A DNA stretch of 64,000 nucleotides, from contig JABHQW010000003.1 of the NCBI GenBank assembly GCA_018696595.1, positions 192,001 to 256,000 of the forward strand. The letters run 5' to 3'. This DNA is from Candidatus Woesearchaeota archaeon. GTDB lineage: Archaea > Nanobdellota > Nanobdellia > Woesearchaeales > GW2011-AR9. Positions within the stretch are counted from its first letter, which is position 1, and the number at the start of each line of letters is the position of its first letter. The notes under the pieces were generated by a model. The model made no database searches. It had not been told where the DNA came from and saw only the letters and a list, made by a program, of their open reading frames with translations. The translations under genes and the position numbers were made by a program. Positions 57,590 through 64,000 of this stretch are shown here, in pieces.

Positions 57590-57727
57590 TGGGGCCGCGA
57601 AGACTTTCAAATTCTCTCTTGCGAAAGAATTTTTTGAATTCCAGGATTAATTATTAATCTCTCCGATTCCACGACTTCTGGTTTTGATCCCCAGCCGTGG
57701 GTGCTAACCAAGTTACACTACGGCCCC
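57590..57727 (-). tRNA. tRNA-Pro(GGG) with three introns (37/38, 53/54, 59/60)
   Basis: Acceptor GGGGCCG/CGGCCCC; introns at 57676-57688 (13 nt), 57639-57660 (22 nt) and 57604-57632 (29 nt), each with a 4-bp central helix and two 3-nt bulges; mature length 74 nt. Confidence 0.9.
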
Positions 57728-57774
57728 GATGAAGTCTAAGTAAAGAATCAATATATAAAATTTACTATAAGAAA

Positions 57775-58188
57775 CTAAAATCTACTTCTCTGATGAAAAT
57801 CTTCTTTTCCCACCAATCCATCTTCTAAAAGAAACTTTTGAGAACCGATATACAAACCATCATGACGTAAATCTAAATTAGCCACTTTAACAAGTCGTTG
57901 ATATTCCCCATCAACAATATTATCCACCCTGGCTTCTCGAATAGAATCAACAAACTCAAAAAAATCATTTCCTCCTGAAGAAAAAAGATATTTCCGTTCT
58001 GCAGTTTCAATTTCTTTTAACAAATCACCATCAATATCTGGGTTTTGTTTAAGAAAACCAGCTTTATTATCAATAATCGCATAAGCACAATAATCCATTT
58101 TAACTTGACTTAAAACAGTTTCATCAAAAAAAGATAATTCTGTCATAAAGCGAAGTACTTCTGATCTCATTTGGTTCATGATAGTCAT
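57775..58188 (-). CDS. Orphan hypothetical protein
   Basis: 137-aa ORF with upstream TTTATAA box. Confidence 0.6.
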   Translation of the reverse strand: MTIMNQMRSEVLRFMTELSFFDETVLSQVKMDYCAYAIIDNKAGFLKQNPDIDGDLLKEIETAERKYLFSSGGNDFFEFVDSIREARVDNIVDGEYQRLVKVANLDLRHDGLYIGSQKFLLEDGLVGKEDFHQRSRF

Positions 58189-58219
58189 AAATCTGTTTGG
58201 AAAAGGTTAGTTTATAAAA

Positions 58220-58654
58220 TTAATGCTTATAAATTTCATTAGTAAAGAAGTTCTTAATTATTTTCACACAAGGTGGAAATACTTTCTCTGGCAATTCTGA
58301 AAAGGAAAACCAACGCCACTCGACTATTTCATCTGGTTCCATTGTTTTAACATCTCCTTCAAAGTCTGTACAAATAAATCCGTTAGTTACAAAATGGTTG
58401 TCATGTACAATTTCATCCGTCACACTAATTAGTTTTAAATTATTAGCTTTCAGACTAGTTTCTTCTTCTAACTCCCTCATAGCACTCTCTTTAATTGTTT
58501 GATGCCAATCAACTTTACCACCTGGCATAGTCCAAGTTCCTTCTCCATGTAATTCAGAACTAGCTTTCTCTGCATCAGAATGTCTTAAACCTAAAAGAAC
58601 CTTATGATTTCTAACAACCATAACTCCTACTCCTGCTCTTGGATATTTTGTCAT
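58220..58654 (-). CDS. NUDIX hydrolase (MutT/NUDT15-like)
   Basis: PRAGVGV, GTWTMPGGKV......ESAMRELEEET and EPDEIVEWRWF motifs; ATG 58654. Confidence 0.9.
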   Translation of the reverse strand: MTKYPRAGVGVMVVRNHKVLLGLRHSDAEKASSELHGEGTWTMPGGKVDWHQTIKESAMRELEEETSLKANNLKLISVTDEIVHDNHFVTNGFICTDFEGDVKTMEPDEIVEWRWFSFSELPEKVFPPCVKIIKNFFTNEIYKH

Positions 58655-58707
58655 AATAACAACAAGAAACAAATACATTTAAAAACTTTATGAATAACAT
58701 TTAATAG

Positions 58708-59178
58708 ATGAGAGAAAAACCTAAAGAGCGGTTAACCACCTGGTTATTCCTATTTGCATACTTAACTACTTTAGCAATAACTTTCTTAGACTTTTTCAAA
58801 CTTAAAATATTAACATTTAATTACGAAATCATTTTTGGGATCCTTTTAGCAGGAGGAATAGCCTTAAGACTTCTTTGTAGAATGTGGTTAAGAAGGTTTT
58901 TTAGTATCCATATTAAGATTAAAAAAGACCATGAAATTGTTAGAAAAGGATTATATAAATATGTTAGACATCCGATGTATACTTCTACACTTTTAATTTT
59001 CTTAGGTTTTGCAGGAATATTTTCTTCAATCTTAGGAATAATTGCAACTCTAGTTTTAATACTACCAGTAACTTTGTTAAGAATTAAACGAGAAGAATAT
59101 TATTTGAAACAGAAAACAAAAGAACGTTATGAAGATTATATGAGAAATACTAAGAAACTAATCCCTTTTATTTATTAA
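58708..59178 (+). CDS. ICMT/PEMT-like membrane methyltransferase
   Basis: HEIVRKGLYKYVRHPMY and REEYYL.......YEDY......LIPFIY motifs. Confidence 0.9.
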   Translation: MREKPKERLTTWLFLFAYLTTLAITFLDFFKLKILTFNYEIIFGILLAGGIALRLLCRMWLRRFFSIHIKIKKDHEIVRKGLYKYVRHPMYTSTLLIFLGFAGIFSSILGIIATLVLILPVTLLRIKREEYYLKQKTKERYEDYMRNTKKLIPFIY

Positions 59179-59185
59179 ACAACTT

Positions 59186-60094
59186 CTACTTATTTTTTGT
59201 GATTAAGCTTATTACAGTATCAGAAAAAGGGACAAGGATATCTTTTCTAGTAACTCCAAAATATTCTTGCCAACTTTCATCAAACCAACCACCATGCTTA
59301 AGAAAAGTTTCCTCTTCTTTCACAAAACTAGGATTATCAGAAACTAATAATTTTCCACCTGGCGCTAAACTTTTAGTGATATTAGCCATAGCTAATCTCT
59401 GTGCTTCTGGAGATAATTGATACATAACACTCATGCAATTAGCGAAATGGAATCTTCCTTCATGTAAAACAACATCAGCAATATCATTATGGTGAACATC
59501 AACGTTTCCAGGAAATATTTTTCTAAGTCTACCATGATTAACTTTAAAGGATTTAGGAACCTTTGCTTTCTTAATTCCTTCACGTAAATAATAGTTCGGA
59601 CCAAAACTTCTTGAACTTCGACATTCGGAATCAAAAAGTAATCCTAGCTCTCCTTCAACCGCACCTGAGCAACCTTTAGCAACCTTACAATAATCAAACC
59701 AAGATTCCCCACCAGTTGGATCTTCTTCCCAACTAATTCTTGCAAACAAATGTTTTCTTCCAAGAACATTTTCAACAATCCCAGAATGATTATCAACAAT
59801 AGTCATGCCATATTCAATTCCTTTTTCTTCAAGCTTTGCCCCGATAAAATATGGTTCATAAGAACAAAGTAAAGGATGAGCCCAAATGCCTACACCAATT
59901 TGTAAAACTTCAAACTTTTCCAAAAACTCTACTTCTGGAATTACTTGTTGCTCTAAAACATTTAAAACTCTTGGCATTCGATCAATTCCCGTTTGGGTAA
60001 GATATTTTTCTGAGTCCAACCAAGTACTGCCTTGATGAATAATAACGGGTTCATATCTTTCTCTAAGTTCTGCTAATAATGTGTCTTTATCCAT
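59186..60094 (-). CDS. SAM-dependent methyltransferase-like orphan
   Basis: VLQIGVG (motif I-like) and C-terminal FHFANCMSVMYQL...ITKSLAPGGKLLV. Confidence 0.6.
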   Translation of the reverse strand: MDKDTLLAELRERYEPVIIHQGSTWLDSEKYLTQTGIDRMPRVLNVLEQQVIPEVEFLEKFEVLQIGVGIWAHPLLCSYEPYFIGAKLEEKGIEYGMTIVDNHSGIVENVLGRKHLFARISWEEDPTGGESWFDYCKVAKGCSGAVEGELGLLFDSECRSSRSFGPNYYLREGIKKAKVPKSFKVNHGRLRKIFPGNVDVHHNDIADVVLHEGRFHFANCMSVMYQLSPEAQRLAMANITKSLAPGGKLLVSDNPSFVKEEETFLKHGGWFDESWQEYFGVTRKDILVPFSDTVISLITKNK

Positions 60095-60142
60095 TAGAAT
60101 TGATTAAGATAAAGAATCTTTTAAAAATCTTTTGTAAAGGAA

Positions 60143-61609
60143 CTACTTAAGGGTAACAACTTCGCCCACTAAACTTCTTAACATATGCGAAACAATCTTA
60201 ACCTTAATCTTCTTACCAAGAGGAATCCGACCTTTAACACCAATAATCAAAGGATAAGTTCCAATTTGTCGACAGAAAGTAGTTTTTCCATCATAAATCT
60301 CTGTGTAAACTTCACTAAGAACAGTTCCAACAGGTACAACTCGTTTCAACATTGGCAAATCAATCTTCTGCCGGATTTCATTTCTCCATTTCCAATAATG
60401 TTTCTTATTCTTTCGCAGAAACTTATTTCCGCCATGCTCTTCCAAATATGTTCCAGGCATAACGACAGCTTGCCGCAAATTAATACGACGCAACATTAAT
60501 CCTGAATCTAAGATCTCTAACAAAGCATCCATGTTCTTCTGATGAGTTCCTTTCCGTTCTTCAAGTAAACCAAAAATCAAATTCAAACCAGGAAGAAAAA
60601 CAGGCATTCCATTCTTGCCCCTCTCTGAACCATACTTGTTGATAATTTCAATTGCTTTCATTGCCACACTAGGAGTCGTGTTCATCCTGTTAGCCTTCAC
60701 AACTTCCGGATCAAAAGATTCAATTCCAAAAGCAGCAATGTTTCCAGGGGTACAATATTTAACAATCGCTTTCGTTATTGCTTCGCCATCTTTAGAAACA
60801 ACAGAATTTGGATTAACATTATCAATATGAAGAACTTCAATCTTTGGACACTTTTTGTTAATCCCCTCCAATAACTCAATAGGCCTATCAATCGCATAAA
60901 AGTCTGCTTGTTTTCCAATACGAAAATAACGAGCCCCCGAATTATAATAAGCAACAACCTCTTCTAAAACACCTTCCATTTTACGATTACAAAACTTATT
61001 CTTGATTGACTCGGTACAAAAACTACACTTCCCGAACTTGCAACCACGAGAAGTTTCAATTTCAATTACTCTTTTATCAGGAATCTGATTCAATATACCG
61101 GCACCTTCAACCACGTATTTATCTAACTCATCAAAAGCATAAGTATAATCTTTAACTTCATTAAACAAAGATAAATCTTCTTTCTCAAAAGATTTTCCAC
61201 CTTCAAGTTGGGTACCAAATACGGCAGGCCCAGTAAGAATTTTCTCACACTTAATATCCTTTAACATTGGCAAGACTTCTTTTAAAGTCCCAGGAACAGC
61301 AGTTAAATATTTGCCAGGAACGTGTACCCCAAGAATTACAATCAACAGATCTGTTTTTAATAAAGTTTCTTCAGCCTTATTCTTGGTAAGGTTATTCACA
61401 TAAATGTTTGTTTTCTCTTTCACAGAAGGTTCTTTCTTAACACCTTTCAACTGTTTCCATAATCTTAAATCATCAATAGTCAGATAATTAACGGAATCTC
61501 CTGAAGAAGTAAACTTACCAAATAAATACCTAGGATAAGTTCCTAAGTATGGTGGAACACCTAATCCAGAAGCTTCATCTGTGTAACAGTCAAGTATAGT
61601 TATGTTCAT
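60143..61609 (-). CDS. Archaeal radical SAM Fe-S protein with C-terminal TRAM-like domain (COG1031-like)
   Basis: ILDCYTDEASGLGVPPYLG, ETSRGC...CSFC, LHIDNVNP and RQIGTYPLI motifs; ATG 61609. Confidence 0.82.
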   Translation of the reverse strand: MNITILDCYTDEASGLGVPPYLGTYPRYLFGKFTSSGDSVNYLTIDDLRLWKQLKGVKKEPSVKEKTNIYVNNLTKNKAEETLLKTDLLIVILGVHVPGKYLTAVPGTLKEVLPMLKDIKCEKILTGPAVFGTQLEGGKSFEKEDLSLFNEVKDYTYAFDELDKYVVEGAGILNQIPDKRVIEIETSRGCKFGKCSFCTESIKNKFCNRKMEGVLEEVVAYYNSGARYFRIGKQADFYAIDRPIELLEGINKKCPKIEVLHIDNVNPNSVVSKDGEAITKAIVKYCTPGNIAAFGIESFDPEVVKANRMNTTPSVAMKAIEIINKYGSERGKNGMPVFLPGLNLIFGLLEERKGTHQKNMDALLEILDSGLMLRRINLRQAVVMPGTYLEEHGGNKFLRKNKKHYWKWRNEIRQKIDLPMLKRVVPVGTVLSEVYTEIYDGKTTFCRQIGTYPLIIGVKGRIPLGKKIKVKIVSHMLRSLVGEVVTLK

Positions 61610-61704
61610 GATATCATTAATTACTTGTTTTATTATAAATATAACGATTGAAAATATAACTCCCAGTACAACAATGCTTTTTAACAAGTTCAAGATAATA
61701 AATA

Positions 61705-62286
61705 TTGAAAAAGATGGTCTATAAAATAGGATTAACTTCTACCCACGGCACAGGAAAAACATCATTAAGATTCGATGTTGCTGGCGCTTTATCAAAAAGG
61801 GGGATCAAAACAATTGATGTTAGAGAAGTCGCCACATTAGCAACACATTTGGGGATTCCGATTAACCAAGAGACAACTTTAGAAGCACAAGCATGGATAT
61901 TACATAAACAATGCACATTAGAACTTAAAGGAGAAATCGACAAATATCAAGCTATTGTTTCAGATAGGACGGTTTTTGATAATTATATCTATTTAGCTAA
62001 TGCCTGTGGAGAAAACCCTCATTATTTGAATTTAGCATTGAACCATGCAAAACAACACCCATATTCAAAGATTTATTTATTACCTGTAGTTGGAGAACTG
62101 GAAGAAAATGGAACCAGAGATGCTGAAGATAAACAATTTCAAATAACCATCAATGACAAATTAGAAGCATTTCTGGAAAAACATAATATTGAACATATTA
62201 AACTTCCAATTCCTAAACCTTATGATGGCGATAGAGAAGAGTGGTTAAAATTAATTGTTTATGAAACACTTAAAGATTTAGAATAA
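61705..62286 (+). CDS. P-loop nucleotide kinase-like ATPase (NadR/Ttd14 AAA_28-like)
   Basis: STHGTGKT, SDRTVFDN and E-x-N-G-x-R motifs. Confidence 0.8.
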   Translation: MKKMVYKIGLTSTHGTGKTSLRFDVAGALSKRGIKTIDVREVATLATHLGIPINQETTLEAQAWILHKQCTLELKGEIDKYQAIVSDRTVFDNYIYLANACGENPHYLNLALNHAKQHPYSKIYLLPVVGELEENGTRDAEDKQFQITINDKLEAFLEKHNIEHIKLPIPKPYDGDREEWLKLIVYETLKDLE

Positions 62287-62290
62287 TAGA

Positions 62291-63016
62291 ATGGCAAAAC
62301 AGATAATCTTAATTGCTGGCAACATTTGTGCAGGAAAGACCGAACTTGGTAAGTACATTGAAGAAAATAAAGCACAGTTCGAACCATTTCTTGCAGAAGG
62401 TGAAGAAGTTACATTCATTCCTGAATTTATTGATCCAGTAGCATTAGAGTTATTTTATAAAGACATGAAAGAACATAGTGTAACCTTTGAAGAAAGCTGT
62501 CTAAGAGGAAGAATTAACCGCCACTTAAAAGCCAAACAGGAGTCAGGGATTTACATTTTTGACAGAGGCACGATTGAAGGAGCAGAAACATTTTGTAAGA
62601 ATTCTTTCGAAGAAGATAATCTTTCACGTGAAGACTATGAGAATTACCATCGTAACTTAGAAAGGGGATTAGACCAATTAGATCGTACAAAACAAGATCA
62701 ATGGTTAGAACAGATAGTTATTTATTTAAAAGTTGGTAATGAAAAAGTTTTAGTTGAAAGACAAAAACAAAGAGATACAGCTAACGAAACTATTCCTATT
62801 GAATATCTAATAAAGATTAACAGAATGTATGAAACTCTTTTTGGTAATGTTGACCTGGTTTATTCAAAGTATGCTGTAAGGGCGCCAGAAGTAATAACAG
62901 TTGACGCCACCCAGGATTTCACTCGAGATAAAGGTTATCATTCAAGAATACTAGACTCTTTGGTCCAATCACTAGAAAGAAAACAAGATAGAAACCAACA
63001 AATTCTTCTAAAGTAA
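62291..63016 (+). CDS. Deoxynucleoside kinase family protein
   Basis: IAGNICAGKT, FDRG, IYLKV...L..RQ..R....E.I..EYL motifs. Confidence 0.82.
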   Translation: MAKQIILIAGNICAGKTELGKYIEENKAQFEPFLAEGEEVTFIPEFIDPVALELFYKDMKEHSVTFEESCLRGRINRHLKAKQESGIYIFDRGTIEGAETFCKNSFEEDNLSREDYENYHRNLERGLDQLDRTKQDQWLEQIVIYLKVGNEKVLVERQKQRDTANETIPIEYLIKINRMYETLFGNVDLVYSKYAVRAPEVITVDATQDFTRDKGYHSRILDSLVQSLERKQDRNQQILLK

Positions 63017-63052
63017 TAAATAAGAAAAAAGAAAAAAGAAAAAAAAAGAAAT

Positions 63053-64000
63053 TTACTTTCGCTTCATTAACCAGTAAGCAACCACAATTACTGCAATTAC
63101 TACCAAGATTAAAGCCACCCACGGCCAAGTTGATTTGCCTTCTTTAGTTATTTCTTCAGTTATTTCTTCAGTAGTTTCTTCAACAACTTCTTCGCCAACT
63201 TCAGCTACTTCAGCCACTTCTTCAGCAACTAGCTCTTCTTCAGTTAACGGAGCCGCTTCTTCTTTTTGCCCAATTACAAAATAACTGAATCCAGGAGTTT
63301 CCGCGGTATAATGTTGATAAGTATCATCAGCAGAACCAAGGGTTGTCTTCAACTCTACCCACTTCTCATCGACATACCTAAACATAGCAACATTATTCTT
63401 ACTAAACTTGTTTTCTTTCAACCATGCTTTAGTTACTTTAAAGTCAATTGTTACTGATCCTTCTAAAGCTTCTTGAACATTATTCTCAGTAATCTTAACA
63501 TTCTTGTAAACTTTGTTACTAAATGTTTTAACGTTACTCGGCAAACTAGTTTTCTTCTCAACTTTTAACCAAGCCCCGTAAATGGTTTTGTCAACTTTAA
63601 AGTTTACTTCAGTAACACCAATTTCACCATTATCAACTTCCACGGTGGCTGTTTCTCCACTATTAATGGAAGCCCAAACTTCTTTTGCAAATAAACCCGC
63701 AGCACCTGTTCCGATACCACCAGAAGAACCACTATTACCACCACCACTAGATGATGCTGTACTTTCAGTATATTGGACACTACGCGCATTTCCAGCCTCG
63801 TCTGTACAAACAACAGTAAAAGTAAAGGAAGTTTCAGATTGCAATCCAGAATAAGTAATTGTCCAGGAATCTTTAGTCCCAGTAATAGAACCAATATCTG
63901 AAGTACAACTAGCAGCATCAACATTTGTACTTACATCAATTGTAAGTGAACTGGTTGATATAGTTGTAGATGTAAAAGAAATAGTTGGTGCAGTATTGTC
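63053..64000 (-). CDS. PGF-pre-PGF domain surface protein, 5'-partial
   Basis: Frame open to the window end; SSSGGGNSGSSGG linker, VAMFRY...W..L.T......Y.AETPGFSYFVIG, acidic stalk and C-terminal TM. Confidence 0.88.
   Translation of the reverse strand, partial: DNTAPTISFTSTTISTSSLTIDVSTNVDAASCTSDIGSITGTKDSWTITYSGLQSETSFTFTVVCTDEAGNARSVQYTESTASSSGGGNSGSSGGIGTGAAGLFAKEVWASINSGETATVEVDNGEIGVTEVNFKVDKTIYGAWLKVEKKTSLPSNVKTFSNKVYKNVKITENNVQEALEGSVTIDFKVTKAWLKENKFSKNNVAMFRYVDEKWVELKTTLGSADDTYQHYTAETPGFSYFVIGQKEEAAPLTEEELVAEEVAEVAEVGEEVVEETTEEITEEITKEGKSTWPWVALILVVIAVIVVAYWLMKRK

Noticed and set aside
59186-60149. CTACTTA repeat flanking the methyltransferase-like gene as another cassette
   Set aside because: Only 7 bp, explained by both genes ending in AAG TAG
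61696-63022. TAATAAATA repeat around the kinase pair
   Set aside because: A/T-only 9-mer in an AT-rich genome; not significant

Overview
AT-rich archaeal chromosome segment. Archaeal identity comes from rps24e, rps27ae, rpoE1/spt4, dph5, archease, ZPR1 and bulge-helix-bulge (BHB) introns. The divergent rRNA and gene inventory suggest a DPANN archaeon, probably Woesearchaeota/Nanobdellota (inference). The window holds a minus-strand 16S-tRNA(Ala)-23S operon with no recognisable 5S, housekeeping genes (mutL, oapABC, alaS, UDG, Ski2-like helicase, topoisomerase IB), many orphan genes with their own TATA box, and a 13-kb operon of cohesin/dockerin/LRR/DUF285/GH20-like surface proteins. Main findings: (1) seven BHB introns that the ORF track cannot show: one in 16S splitting the 806R primer site, one in 23S helix 89, two in tRNA-Ser(GCU) and three in tRNA-Pro(GGG); (2) a candidate RiPP locus, with a 50-aa CxxxC peptide directly before a radical SAM/SPASM enzyme carrying an RRE-like N-terminus, inside an NYN/DUF483-like operon; (3) single-gene, promoter-carrying cassettes flanked by 10-24 bp direct repeats that duplicate a neighbouring gene's stop-codon region, suggesting a recurrent gene-insertion route; (4) a cellulosome-like cohesin-dockerin surface system with a GH20-like enzyme; (5) two structured intergenic RNA candidates. 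All family calls were made by eye from motifs; no database searches were run.
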